Assembly: GCF_009834535.1 (NCBI RefSeq)
Contig: NC_045696.1
Coordinates: forward strand, 33,234,001 to 33,298,000
From: Camelus ferus
Taxonomy: Eukaryota
Direction of reading: 5' to 3'
DNA: 64,000 bases
The notes under the pieces are model-generated. The model ran no database searches. It had not been told where the DNA came from and worked only from the letters and a program-made list of their open reading frames with translations. Of the stretch, positions 39,271-53,462 are shown piece by piece; the stretch's first letter is position 1, and every line of letters begins with the position of its first letter. The translations under genes and the position numbers were made by a program.

Positions 39271-39789
39271 CTTAATATTAGAAAACTAAGTCCTAGATAA
39301 TATATGCATCACTGAAATAGTTTCAGATTTAATGTTAACTTTCAATCTTCCCATTTACTTCAGGCTAACAAGTTCCTGGAGAAATGTTGGATACTGAAAT
39401 TTTGCTCAGTAGGGGCAGGGGAAGTCTTCAGTGACTTTGATTCTGTTTTGTTATTAAAGATGTTTAATGATCCTTAGTGTCAAAAAGGAGAAAAATATTC
39501 CTCTCCTCACTTTGTAACTTGTACCTTTTCCATGCTTTGAGAGGCAGAGGCATGTGGAGAAGATGACTTCCCTTTCATTTCTCTCCTAACCATGTAAGCA
39601 GCTCCCTCTGTACACATGGACTGTGTGCTACAAAAGTCCTGGAGTCTTCCTTTCAACACAAAATACTTTCCACAACAGCTCACTTTCTCTTTAGGCTTCA
39701 CCTCTATTTCCCATTCTTTCTCTAATGATCCTAAAGATAAGCCTCCTCCTCTAAATGCTGCTAGTCTACATTCACTACTTATTTTAAAA

Positions 39790-40218
39790 ATCAGGTAGAC
39801 AAACACAAATACTACATGGTATCACTTCTATGTGGAATCAGAAAAAAAGGTCAAATTCATAGAAGCCGATTAGAAAAGTGGTTGCCAGGTGCTTCGGGGG
39901 GTGGGGTGGGGAAAATAGGGAGAGGTTGGTAAGAGTACTGTCAATTCGTTCTAAGATGAGTAAGTTTGGAGACTCTAACGCATAAACAAGGTGACTATAG
40001 TTGACAATACTGTATTGTGCAATTGAAATTTGCCAAGAGTGTACAACTTAAATGTTCCCAGCAAAAAGCAAAAATAAAGTAAATATGTCAGATCATGGAC
40101 GTGTTAATTAATTTGATGGGGGGATTTCTTTCACATTGTATACAGATATCAAATCATCACCTTAGATACTTTAACTGTCTTACAATTTTGTCAATTATAC
40201 CTCAAAGCTGGAAAAAAC
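39790..40218 (+). mobile_element. L1 3'UTR fragment (L1MA-type)
   Basis: acaaatactacatggtatcacttctatgtggaatc...gtgactatagttgacaatactgtattg...gtcaattatacctcaaagctggaaaaaa. Confidence 0.9.
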
Positions 40219-41520
40219 CTGCTTATACAGATATGTAGAGCCAAAGAAATGGAAATAATGGAATCAATGTCAAGTACATAGCAAATAGTAGAAATTATAA
40301 ACACTGACACTTTGAAATTGGAGTTCTTGATGAGTATCATACTTTATCTCTTGGACTACCATTTTAACTTTGGAGCTATCATAAATACTTTTAAGCCCAG
40401 TCTTCAGAAATGTTCACATTCTCATAGACACATTACAGTAAAAATAATTTCACAGGAGCTGCATATACTATACAGATAAAGTTAATTATGAATTAACTAT
40501 ATATGCAATATAATATGAATTATATTATAAGCCTTGAATTTATGCTTCTAAATGTATGTTTGATACATTTAGTTCAAAATGTTTGTGACTCCATGATAAA
40601 CTCAAATTCAGAGTATGAACTTGAAGACTTTTTCCCTAGTTTTTCCTGTTCTGCATTATCAATTAAAATGATAAGCTATAATTTCTGTTAATAAGTAGAA
40701 TGTTGATTTACTTTCAGGCAATGCTTCCATTTCTATATTTTTTCTATTTACCATTCTATTTTTGTGATTTTACCACCATTTTGTTAGCCAGGTTGATCTC
40801 AAGTGTAAACAAACTTGGCAGTCACATATTTGGCGTGAGTTAAGGTACTTAGGTCAAAATTCCTGCTCCAAACTTTCTTCCCCAATGGGCCTGCCATCAG
40901 TCTCACCACCATGAGTTAACTTATTGAAGATGATGATGATATGTCGAAAAGAGACATTCAAACTTCTGGGAGTTTTTTAGTTGAAAGCAATTGTGTGTGT
41001 GTGTGCCTTTAGGTTATGTCTTCTTTTCCCCACAGCAATTATTCTAAACATTCACTGTACTTCATCAAGTCTCTATACTTTGTGGTCGGTATCACATCAC
41101 AGAGAAAACTCAGATCACGTGAGAACTCCCTCAGCTTCCTACCCCTATCTGTGCATCTGCACTTACCCCAATCACACTGAGGATTTACTCCATTCCTCCT
41201 CCTCCTATTTTCTCCTTAACACAAACTTTTGTCCCACAACCCAAGTAGAACTGCTCTTCTAAAAGTTGCCAGTAAAATCAACTTTACCAAATCCTAAGTC
41301 AAGTCTCATTCATTATTTACTTAACCCTCTAAAAACATTTAATGCAGCTGATTACTTCTTGAAAAACCATGTTTTCTGGTCTTTCAGGATTCCTTACTCC
41401 TCTGATTTTTCTCCTACTTCACTGGTGGTCACTACTCAGTCTTTGCTGGTTCTCCACTTCCCACAGCTAGAGATTAGCTTTCGTCTGTTCTCTATTTATT
41501 CTCACTTACTGTGTGGTATC

Positions 41521-41662
41521 AGATATACAAATGGCCAATAGGCACATGAAAAAAAAAATGCTCTATATAGCTAATTATCAGAGAAATGCAAATCAAAACT
41601 ACAATGAGGTATCACCTCACATCAGTAAGAACAGCCATCATTCAACAGCCCACAAATGATAA
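41521..41662 (+). mobile_element. Isolated internal L1 ORF2 fragment (relatively young), no 3'UTR or poly-A
   Basis: agatatacaaatggccaataggcacatgaaaa...atcagagaaatgcaaatcaaaactacaatgaggtatcacctcaca (DIQMANRHMK...IREMQIKTTMRYHLT). Confidence 0.9.
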
Positions 41663-42074
41663 TTACATGGCTTTACATACATTCTGACAACTTGAATTTC
41701 TACCTTCACCTATTCTCTTCCTTGTCTCCTAGCCTCATATTGGACTGCCTAGTAAGCATCTTTACTTGGATATTTAATAGTAGTATCTAATTTAGCATAT
41801 CTAAACATCCCCAAATTGGCCCAACCCTGTACCTCCTTCAATCTTACCTATCTGAGTAAATGGTACTTATATTGACCTGGTTGCTCAATCCAAACATTCA
41901 GGACTCATACTTGACTATTTCTTCCCATGAATCCAGTCCAGCCTAATAAGATGCTTAAGCTCATGTTTCAAGTTATATTCCAAATTTTACCATATCTTAC
42001 CAAATCCACAGCTATCACCCAAGTCCACACTTCCAAACTCTTTCACGTGGATCAAAGTACTATTTTAAGTACCT

Positions 42075-42602
42075 GGTAGACACACTGTACAGGTAGCCCC
42101 CTGATTCTCCTTTCTAGTGTTTCCTACTTTGCTTAATATCCTGCCGTGGAGCATGAGCAGGAAATGTGACTTAATTCTAACTAATAGACTGTACAAAGTA
42201 ATGGGATGTCACTTCCATAATTATAATCCATAAGACCGTAATGTTCATCTCTCGAGATTTTCTCTTTTTGGGGGGCTCTGAGGAAGGAAGCAGCCATGTT
42301 GGGAAGGCCCACATGGCATTGAGGGGTAGGCTCCAGGCAAGTGCCAGAAGAAACAGGCCCTCAGTCCAAAATCTCACAAGGAAATGAAGTGTAGGCAACT
42401 ATATGGACTTGAAAGCAGACCCTTCCTAGTTGAGCTTCAGACAAGACCACAGGCTAGGGTACAACCTTGATAGCAGCTTTATGAGACTGTGAAGCAGAGA
42501 ACCCAGCTACGCTATGCCCTGACTCTTGACCCACACAAACTGAAATAATAAATGTAAATTGTTTCAATACACTCAGCTTGTAGTAGTGCTGTTGTGCAAT
42601 AC
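42075..42602 (+). mobile_element. MaLR LTR (MLT1E-like)
   Basis: aagtaatgggatgtcacttcc, gaagcagccatgttggg, aaccttgatagcagctttatgagac, cttgacccacacaaactgaaataataaatg. Confidence 0.85.
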
Positions 42603-45600
42603 TACTAGTCTCCTGTCATGGACCTGTTCCTTCTCACAGTCTATTCTCCACAGAGCAGGCAAGTGATTTTTTTTGACCAAGTTGTTACCAAATGATCTTA
42701 ATTGTTTATATTTGTCAATTTATTAGTTGAAAAATATATAAGTTCCTTTTTTGTATTAAACTGTACATTAAGGTTAATGATACAACTATGAATGACGCTG
42801 TCTCTTATAATACTTGCCTATAACTATATCTCCATTTCCTCACCTCCGATTCAGTTTTCAGCACAGGTTGTTATTCCACTCAAATGTCTCTTGCCACATT
42901 TGAGGTCCTAAAATGTATTGGAACCAGCCTTTCTTTTCACGCTATCAGTGTTCTCCTTTCTATTTTGCCTTTCTCTCTGAAATGCCATCCTAAATGTCCT
43001 TAAAGTTTCCTTATTCTCCTTTCCTTGAATTGGTTTTGTTCTTTGATTCCTACAACACTATTTTTCGCTTCACTGCCCTTTTGTTCTTACCTTTCAAATA
43101 TCAACATCCCTCCTAGGTCTGTCTCCTTCTTGCTATACGCTCTTCCTGAGTGGCTTCACTGTTATATATTTAGCTAAAGCTTTCAATTGTATAAACTGAG
43201 GACAGCCCTATTTCCTTATTTTCAGATATTACTATCTGATGTGCTGCAAACAGCTTTACTTAATATAATGAATTCTACTTTGTATCTTCTAATTAACTCC
43301 ATTGGTGTCTACCTGTACTCTTCCTGATCTCCACATGTATCCACCAACTATCCAAGCATGCAAGTCAAATCTTTTGGTGTCATCCTCAATCCCCACCCTA
43401 CCTTAAAACCAGCTACCCCCCTCTCCCATATAAACATTCAATGGATCATTACACCCAATTCTTATAGTAATAGATATCTGAGGGTTCATCTCTTTCTTCT
43501 ATTTCTATTGTTGAGTTCTGGCTGGAGTCAAGATTTTTAAATATTTTCTATGCCTCTAGTTTTCCCTTCTCTATAATTCTCAATTTCTGCACTATCGTCA
43601 GGTTGATCTTTCAAACATGCAAACCATTCTAGTGGTTTCTCATTACTCGTCTACTATATTATGATAGTGTCCAAATGCCTTAATACGTTGTGTAAGATCA
43701 TTTGTAGAGATAGTCCTTCTTGTATTCATATGATGAGGTAATTCAGCATTCTTGTCCTCACTGCAGGGCTTTGCAGATATTCTTTCTTCTTCCTGAAAGA
43801 CACTCTACCTTGTTCTCTTGACTCACTGTCAAGTGACTTACTATCTATCTCAGAGAGAGTGAAACAGTCTCCTTTATAGATTTCCCAGTTATTTCCATCC
43901 CTTACTTCCACACTGAACCAAGATTTTTCTCTATGCTTTCAATGTATGTTATTTACATACTTCTTATAGTACTCACCATACATTACTTTAGAAGTTTGTT
44001 TAGGTTCTCTCCCTTTAGGCTGTAATCTCCAAGAGATCAAGGATAATGTAGGCATAAATTTCTGAATCTTCCATTAAGACTGGCACATTGTAGGCACCAA
44101 AGAAATATTTTGTAGTTTTAAAGTAAGTGTCGACAAATTACATTCTTTATTAGCCATTTAATAGTCTAGTCCCAAATAGCTACCTCAGGAACTAGCCAGA
44201 TACTTAGGGGGGATGAAAGGATATGAGATGCAATGCAGAATAGTTTGAATTAAGGAGAAAGGTTCTTGAATATGAAAGAGCGAATTGGAAGGGAAGAAAA
44301 GTATAGCAGTAAAGGGTCTGGCATTCAGAGCTCAGTATAGTAGGCAGGAATAAGAGAGAGAGGATACAGAAGAATAGGAATGCAATCACACAGAGAAGGA
44401 TGGAGTGGTACTAATGAAACACTCAATGTGCTTCTTCTACTTCACAATCTCTCAGACCCAACTGAATGGCCACCTTCACTTGGATGATAAAAGTCACAGT
44501 CAGCATCAGTGATTTACTATTCACTCACTTTTCTAGTTCATTGCCAACCACTGAGTTATGACTTGTCAAAAGTAAAATGTAGATAAAGGCAAAGACATTG
44601 CTTTTAAAGCTGTATGACTTTAAGAGTGGAAAGACTGATACATCAATTGATGGAATGTTGGCTATAATCCAGTGCTCAAATTACAGATGCCGATATGATA
44701 GATGGCACACTGAAACTCTGTTAGCCATGCATCCTGGGTCATATAAGAACAGAGAGGTCAGGGCTCAGCATTTGATGCTGTACTGTGCTGTAGTGCACGG
44801 CTCTGCTCCTTGTTCCATGAGTGCTGCATGCCTCATTGATTAGTACAGTGCCTGCATTAGGTATTTATGATACATTCTTTTATTTACCCAATGGATGCCA
44901 GAGTCAGAAGGGGGTCCTTAGATATTTTTTTCAGATAATTTGTTTAAACATGAATAAACTCATATGCAGAAATTTAAATTTCTTATCCGATACCAATGCC
45001 AAGTTAGGATCAAGACAAGGAACAGAACGCTTGAAGCATATTTCTCAATGTCATGGTCTCTCCATTGCTTTTACTTTCATTTTAATGTTTAGCATTTCAC
45101 AGCTTAGTTTTCCCTCTCACCCACCCAAGTATTCACGTCACATTGCCCAGAGTTATTATTCTCTAACCCCTTGAGATTTTTTTTTGGCTGCAGTTCTGAA
45201 AACAGTACCTTGATAGTATCAACAGTATAAACTTTTCATTTGGAAAAAGTATTGGTAAACTTTCCCTGAACTTTAGTCTATCACTTTTGAAAAAAAGATT
45301 TTAATATGAGAGAAAAATTGTAAGATCACAACTGTCTAACAATAATGCAACTTACTGCTTCTCAGATTAAAGAGCTCCTAATTGCTAAAAGCATTTAGAA
45401 GCTGGCCACCTGTCAGAATATCATAGAGGAAATTGCTATATTGGCTGGGAATTTAACTGGATGCATATTCTGTGACCGTTGATTCCATAAAGGAAAGTGA
45501 TGATCATCTAAATCTCAAAATGGATTACTGGCTTAAGGTTATTAGTTCAAGCATGAAAGAGAAGGAATGGGCAAGCAGTTCCTTCTCAGATACTGCTAGT

Positions 45601-45699
45601 AATGGCAATTTTCTACCTCCAAAGAACAGTCTTAACCATAAGTTGGCTATCATTTTGTTACATCCCAATAATTCTGAAGATTAGAATAATTAACACTTA

Positions 45700-46110
45700 A
45701 ATTAGGATTTTTGTTGTTGTTGTTTATAAATAAAAGAAAGCAACTTAAAATATCTTAGGCACAAAGGGGAAATATAATGAAACAGAGACAGGTCATGAAA
45801 GTCAAAGATAAGAAATCAGCTGGACCTTGGAACAGCAGTCAGACCAAAAAGCTGAAAATTGCTCTCATCTTTCATCTTTACTTCCCTCATGTGATTCTCT
45901 CTTCTCTGTCTCTACGAGTTGACTTTCTGTGCTTGTCTAGTCCACATAGAGAACAAATAAAAGCCACTATGCCATTTTCAATGCTTGATTTACCTTCCTT
46001 TCTGTAATCCACAAATACTTCCCTGGGGAGAAAACTCTGAGCCTCTTGGGTCCAGTCTCATAAATCATAGCCTTAGGGTCAGGGTCAACAGTATTTGAGG
46101 ACTTTTGAGT
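45700..46110 (-). mobile_element. Old MaLR LTR (MLT1J/K-like), degraded
   Basis: Reverse LTR terminus ttgtttataaataaaagaaagcaacttaaaatatcttaggcacaaagggg followed by tctcatctttcatctttacttccctc. Confidence 0.45.
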
Positions 46111-46169
46111 TGTAACTGAGGTCATGAGATGGGTTGTTAAGGAGTTTATCAGGATCCTGGAAGACACTC

Positions 46170-46320
46170 CGTACAGGTATCAATTATACCTGGGCATAGT
46201 TCTTTACCAGAATATGCATATCCATGCCCCATTCTTAACATTAAGCCAGGATCTCCAGTGTATAGTCTCAGAATTGGGATTTTGAAGAAAGAGCTTCCCC
46301 ATGTGATTATGATAAATACA
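46170..46320. mobile_element. MER5-like hAT fragment
   Basis: attatacctggg...aatatgcatatccatgcccc...ccaggatctccag...cttccccatgtgattat. Confidence 0.5.
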
Positions 46321-46684
46321 TTTACCCCTTATTAAAAGTCATGAATCAAATGTATTTGAAAATTAGCAAAATAAAGTAGATCTAGAACTAACTCCGTTTC
46401 TTAACTCAAGCACTCTGGATGTCACATGTGAAGTGGACCATATCTGTCAGGCAACACTGGCATAGAACCTTTGATTCTAGGATGATTATTTAGCATATGT
46501 AAATCTTAGACTTGAGTCTGTGCTTAGATCAGTGGTGAGATGGGATTAGGAGGAGGGGATGTAAACTGTACTAGCGCCCAGAGAACCCATGAAAAAGTAC
46601 GTTATAAATTAATAAAAGAAATTTAAAATAGTCTTTTGCCAGACTTACCCAATATGGGTTTCCTTGACACTATTTCTTTGGCTC

Positions 46685-46707
46685 TGTGTGTGTGTGTGTG
46701 TGTGTGT
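46685..46707. repeat. (TG)n microsatellite
   Basis: tgtgtgtgtgtgtgtgtgtgtgt read directly. Confidence 0.95.
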
Positions 46708-48234
46708 TTGGTGGGGGGTGTTTAGGAATAAAATGGAATTGGTCTGTCTGGATCCATGAGAAATTTCTAAACCACAACATCCAGTTTTCTCTTAGAAATG
46801 TTCTTATTCTTTCTCTTTTGTCATGGAATTGGTTACAGAGGTTTCCAGCCACTCCAGAGGGGACCAACTGTATTCTCTGTATGAGTCTCATAATTTTCTT
46901 TCCTACCTGCATTCTCTTAACATGACACACTATGAATGAAACCAAAGCATTAAAGCAAACGCTATAGAAGCTTACCTATATTAATTTTGCCTGTTTGATT
47001 ATGGAAGATAATTTCATCTTATAAATAGAAAAAAAATACATTTTTAAAGTAAAGTCTATTTTTCACACTACTTTCCCCTAGAGGATATTTAAAAGCCTTT
47101 CCATTCAAAACTTTTTAAAACATACTTTTCAAACACCTTGAGAATTTTTTTGAAGGTTAGAGAAAACATTAAGCTTTCAAGAGTCAGTTTAGACCTATGC
47201 AAGGTCACTACTAATTCATTCAGACTGGCAAACACTTAAAACAGCTATAGATGAATATAAACCAAGAACTTTATGTAAAATATTTAATGAAAGGAGAGGA
47301 ACAGTTATTTTGCAATCTATTCCAAAATATAATACAAGGATCAAACTTTACTTATTTTTGTGTCTGTATTCTTAGCATGGTGTTTTGCATGTAATGTTTC
47401 ATTTTATTTGAATAGATTGTATCATGCTGTTACATTTTTTAAAATTAAAAAAGGCATATTAATTTGTCTTAATGATTCAGAGATACCTTGATGCCTTCTG
47501 GTACCAATCTATTTTTAGCAATGATAGGAAGTTATGCTATTATTTACTTTAAACTGAGAAATTAAAAACACAGAAAGCAGTGCAGAAAATTCCCTTAAGT
47601 TTATAATCATTTTATATTTGTTCTAAACTTGATTGCAGAAATAACAGTGAGCATTTCTTCTGAGTAATTAAAGTCACTATAGTTTGGGGTTAAACTCTAG
47701 CAATAATTCCTCAAATTCAGAATGATAGTGAATTTTAAGGGCAAGTATTAGTGGTGCGAGGAGAACAGGGAGGCAATGGCACCTGTAAGAAGCATCCTGG
47801 GGCCTCAACTGTGGATGTAGGACTTTATTTTTATAAGCTGGGTTGTTGAATATAGAGGAATTCATTTTATTATGTATTTGTTCATATGCCCGAAATATTT
47901 TGAAATTTGGTGTAAAAAATATTTTTAATTGACCCTCTACTATGTCAAATATACAATTTAGGCTTAAAATTGCGCTTATTAAAAGCAACTAAAACAGAAG
48001 CAACTTCAACAGTTATAACCGAAGACAGTCTACTTATTTTTTTTCCTCCCTTAATAAACCACTTCAAAAAATTACATTACACTCTCTAGTTATATTTTTA
48101 AAGGAAATTTTAATGTCACTTTTTTTATAAGGGCAGTAATTTGCATTATAAATAAGATAGTAAAATTAATCTTTGCTATTTTCTGGGTTTATGTTTATGT
48201 CTTAGTAAAGCAGAGTTACCTACACTAAATGAAA

Positions 48235-48470
48235 ATGATAATAGCTGCCTTTTATTAAGGTCTTATTATGAACCAGACCTAGTTCTTATTAATCATTTTT
48301 CTTATAATAACCCTGTGATTTAGATGTTATTAACCTAGCTTTACAAAAGGAAAAACACTTAGGCAGAGAATGATTAATTTTTTTTTCTTTCAGATTTGTA
48401 CAAGTAATATGTGACAGATCCAGATTTCAAACAAAGGTCTGTCATGTTCCAAAATGTCTGCTCTTCCTTC
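48235..48470 (-). mobile_element. MIR SINE
   Basis: ataatagctgccttttattaagg...ataaccctgtga...tttacaaaaggaaaaacacttaggcagaga...gatttcaaacaaaggtctg. Confidence 0.75.
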
Positions 48471-48767
48471 ATAAATAAAATGTCCCACCAATAAGGGTTA
48501 CCACTAGGCACCAGGGGTCATTGATCCTGCCCTGTGGTTACTCCTAAGCATGGGGCATTGTGGAGTGGAAAACAAAAATAATCAACACTAAAGAGAAGCT
48601 CTATTGGGATTTCCTAGTGATGATGAGCTCATTATAAAAGAAGGAACAGCTTTACATTCTAATACAGTTGGTAGAAATAGGAGTCCTCCCCTTATAGGAA
48701 GAAATGGATGACTGAGATGTTCCAAATAATGAAGCTCTGACTTTCAATGATATATAGAATCATTATT

Positions 48768-49025
48768 GTTACAGCTAACATCTATTGAGTATTCACTATG
48801 TATCAGCCACCATCGGTACTGCTTTATATAAATCATCTCACTTAATTTGGAGAACACACCTTACAGTACATGCCAGCATTACCCTCTCATCTGTGAGTGA
48901 GCAAACTGAGTCTTAAAGAGGACTTGGAAGCTATTCAAAGCCACAAACCTATGGAAAAGTACAGAAGGGCATCTCAGCACAGACAGTCTGACTCCAAACC
49001 TCTTGCTCTGATTCTCCACAAGGCA
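48768..49025 (-). mobile_element. MIR SINE
   Basis: acagctaacatctattgagtattcactatgtatcagcca...gagcaaactgagtcttaaagagg...cagtctgactccaaacc. Confidence 0.85.
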
Positions 49026-50419
49026 CTGCCTTCATCCTGCCTGTGTGCAAAGATGCAGAAAAACCATACAAAGAGACAGAGATAGAGATGAGTGCTACCA
49101 GTTATTCAAGCTGTTTATATTCACAGATCCAGCTAAGGGCCATTGTACAGTGTTAAAATGTTTTTACTCTTTGATAATTTTGATTCCAAAATTCTAGTCT
49201 CAGTTTGCCAGGGAACCAAAGATTACAAGTATATACTGTGAAAATAATTTTAAATATTTGGATGTTACTGGAAACTGCCAAGTTCTTAGATACAAACTAC
49301 CAAGCTTTTCCTCTTTTTCCTTTTTCTTTATTTTACAAGGTAACAATCCTGTTGATAATGTCTTTGGAATGGGATATACTGCAAAAAGAGGACAAGGTTA
49401 AGTTTAAGTTTTGCATTTATGGAATATTTGTAGATTGAATGAAATTCTTCTCTGTAGCCAAATGAGAATTTAGCTCCCATTAAAGGCTGAAAAGAGGCTG
49501 TAGCTTTATGAGTCTAGCATTGTTATGTTAAAATGTTTTGGTCCATTTTCATGATTATAATTAATAATATATATTAAAAAATTAAGAAGTTTCAACTGCA
49601 ATTAACTGTGGCTCAGAGCATAAGGCCATGAAGGATTTCTCAGTTCTTCTTGTGTAAATGTTGAATAAATGCTGAATTCTTTTGGGAAATAACTTGAATA
49701 TCCATTGATTTTACTAGTACAGTAATTAAATATATTCCCTAAGGAAATATACTTTAGCATGTTGGCAATCTGCCTACTGTCTGTGCATCTTGGGCCAGGT
49801 AAGCTGTTTCCTAGTCATTAACCCTGGGGTTGCTCACTGTCCTTACCATTATTACCTACAGATGAGGCTCTGTGTGTTCCATTTCTCTTTGAAGTTCATA
49901 TATATTTTCCATAAACATCTTTTCTGCTATGTTGAAATTGTATAATATTTACAAAAACTCAGGGGAAACACAGAATATAAAGTTTACTTAAGATTTACAT
50001 TATGATTTAGCAAAGGGTTCCCTACTAATATTAATAATGATAATTTTTAAAAAAGCATTTAAAATCTTCTAGTAGTGTTAACTGCTTCCCCAAGAGTATA
50101 TGTCTGGATTATTCTTCACTTTTTCCCCTGTTTTCCATCTTAAACACTTTCAATTTTCTCTACAGTAAGTGCTATTGGGCAGAGGAGGGTTAATAAAAGG
50201 CTACATTCCTGCCTCTACTGATTTTATATTCTATTGTCTAATATCCATGAGTTTTCCCATTTTTCTGGAGCATGGATCCCCTGTTTGACAATAAGATACA
50301 TTTCACATTTCTGATTTTTTGGACTCTGTAGGTTGATGTTGAGGACTTTTATATAATACCATACTTCTTGTCTAAACTGTTTTTGGTCTTCATAATAATA
50401 GAAAGGCTTCAGTATAGAA

Positions 50420-50756
50420 ATGATTACTGGATGCTTACCAAGTGTCGTTGGCACTGTCCATGCCAGACGTGCCTGCCTTTAGGAATCTAGAATTAATAAA
50501 TATTTGGACTAGTGAATATAAAATTACAATGGAATTAAATAAGTGTAATAATAGAGAAGTATATGAAGAATCACATACGAGGGACTCTTAACTCTTTTGA
50601 GGAGTAAGAGATGGACTTTATAGGAAGCTATCTGAAAGAACACTCAAACAGAAGGATAAGAGAGTATAATCTGAGAAGTCTATAAAGAGATTGATGGAAG
50701 GGTACAAGGTGGGAGACAAGAGAATGTTCCACAAGAGCGGAGAGCATCTTCAAACA
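50420..50756 (-). mobile_element. L2 fragment (left half, split by L1)
   Basis: Reverse L2 3' region ending agaatgttccacaagagcggagagcatcttcaaa; resumes at about 55651. Confidence 0.65.
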
Positions 50757-53462
50757 TAATAGGGCTTCTGGACTTCACTCAAGGATGTAGAGAGCTGGAA
50801 AGAGCATCATTCATACTCTCACAACATAAATCTGGACAAACTGAAACTCCATCACGTTTCTTGTATTCACCGGGGAGCTGAGGTCATAAGGTAATCAACT
50901 AGCACAAAATCTAAGGAATGGCACCTGCAGGGAGAGACGGGACTCAAGTGCTTTTTTATCTAGAGAGATGCAGGTGGAAACTAGTAGAAGAATTCAACTA
51001 GAATAGTCAACAAATTGGTAAAGGAGAAGTGTGGGGAGACAGTGTGGGCTGCTGGAGGCCACAGATATAAGGGAACTGGCACGTTTCTGTAGATTTTTCT
51101 CTCCATCATCTCCCTAAAAGTTTGAGAATACTGAGAAAGCTTCTGAATTAATACACACTTAGGTGAGAGGGAAGATCAGCTGCTGTGTGAGAACATAAAA
51201 ATCTGCCTGGACCTTCTTTATCTCCTATTCAGAAAAATGCCTTATTCTATGGTTGGAAGGGGTCAAAAAATAGACAACCTTGGGCACTGGTGAAAATCCA
51301 ATGTAGCTAGCAGAAATGAACAGGCAAAAAAATATACCAACAACTCCTCTACTGTGGGAGGAAGAACAGGGATACATGCTGAAATCACAACTAAAAGCTG
51401 AAGGGAGTCAAGAACAATGAGAAGGTCACGTGCTCCATACCAAGGAACACTTTGCCTAAAGCTGAAGCTTAATCAGATCATCAGTGAACACCCCTTTTCC
51501 ACTCTGTTCATTCATAATTTAAACAGAATTTTGTAAAAAAAAAAAAAAATCATATGATCACCTCAAAGGATAAAGAAAAGGTATTTATAATTCAGTGTCC
51601 ACTCATTATCCAAATTTTCAGCACACTAGAGAGGATATTTTTTTCCTTAACCTGGTAAAAGGCATCTATAAAAATCTACACGTGACATGATATTCAATAT
51701 TCAATGGTGAAATCTTTCCCTTTAATTGGGAACAAGTCTGTTCTTACAACTCCTATTAAACATTGTTCTAGTAGTTTTAGTATAATACGGCAAGAAGGAA
51801 GAAAGAATATTTAGATTGGAAAGGAAGAAGTAAAACTGCCTCTATTCACAGATGACAGAATTGTCTATGTAGAAAACCACAAAAGACCTATACAGAAACT
51901 CTTAAAATTGCTAGGTGAGTTTAGAAGAGTCTCAGGATACAAAGTCAACATGTCAAAAAAAAAAAATTCAATTTTATCTCTGCTAACTAACAATTGGAAA
52001 AGTTTTAAAAAGCATCATTTACAGTCGCGTCACAAAATGTATTTAGGTACAAATCTTAAAGAAGGTTCATGGATTTGCATGCTGAAAAGTACAAAATATT
52101 GATGAAAGAAATAAAACACCTAAATAGATGTAGAGATATGTCTGTGACTCAGAAGATTCAATGGTTTAAAGTGGCAGCTTTACACAAATTGATCTGTAGA
52201 TTCAACAGAATCCCAATCAAGATTCCAGCAATCTATTTGTAGATATTGACAAACTGATGTAGAATTTTCACATAAAGGCAAAGGAACTAGAAGAACCAAA
52301 ACAATTTGAAAAAATAGTTTAAGGACCCATACTAAAATTACAAGACTTAATTATAATTATTCACTAATCAAGGCAAGTGGATAAACACAGAACAAGAGAA
52401 GAGAATAGAAAATCAAGTAATAGACACACAAGTGCTGTCTACTTATTTTTGACAAGGATACAAAGGCAGTTCACTGCAAAAGAATCATCTTTTCAACAAG
52501 TGACATTGGAATATTTATGTATCTTTTAAAAAGTGGTGCTGGAACATTTATACATATATATGCAAAAAATAATAATCCTTAACCTGTATCTCATGTCTTG
52601 TACCAAAAATTAGTTCAAAATAAAACAGACTCAATAGGATATAAAGCCATAAATAGGTAAGAAGAAAACAGGGAAAATATTTGTGATAATCAGTCAGGCA
52701 AATATCTTTTCTTCCTTAACATACGATACCAAAATACAAACCATGCAATAAAAAACAAAAATTAAATTTCCTTAAAATTGAAATATTTTGCTTTAAGAAA
52801 GACAATCCTAAGGTAATGAAAAGACAAGTCAAAGACTTGGAGAAAATATTTGCAAGTTATAGTTTTGGTAAAAGTGCATGTTTCTAGAATACATAAAGAA
52901 TTCTGAAAGCTTAACAATAACAAGCACTAAAGTCAATTGAAAAAAATAGGCAAAGGATCTAAATTGGCGCTTCATCAAAGAAGATATATGGATGGCAAAT
53001 AAGTGTAGAAAAAGATGCTCAACAGCATTAGTCACTAGAGAATGTGAATCAAAACCACATTGATGTATGGCTATTCATATAATCAGTGATTAAAATAAGA
53101 ACATATTGACACTACCAAGCTCTGGCAAGGCTGTGGAGGAGTGGGAACTCTCATACATTGCTGCTGCAAATGCTAAATGCATGGCCACTACAGATAATTG
53201 TTTGGCTATTTCTAATAAAGTTGAATAGACACCGTATTACCACACAGTCCATCTCCTAGCTATTCATCCAAGAGAAATAAAAACTTATGTTCACATAAAA
53301 ATCTGTCCATGGATATTTATAACAGCTTTATTCAATAATCACCACAAACTGGAATCAACTCAGATGTCCTTCAATAGAAGAACAGATAAACTGCCATACA
53401 GTCATCAAATGAATACTGCTTGGTGATATAATGGAAAACACTATTAATTCATGTAATGATAT

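Larger units (their letters stand above)
41060..44130 (+). mobile_element. Fragmented L2 LINE cluster (probably more than one element), interrupted by an L1 fragment and an MLT1
   Basis: L2 motifs aacatttaatgcagctgattac, catggcttta, atctttacttggatatttaatag, tctccacagagcaggcaagtgat, ending tggcacattgtaggcaccaaagaaatatttt. Confidence 0.7.
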
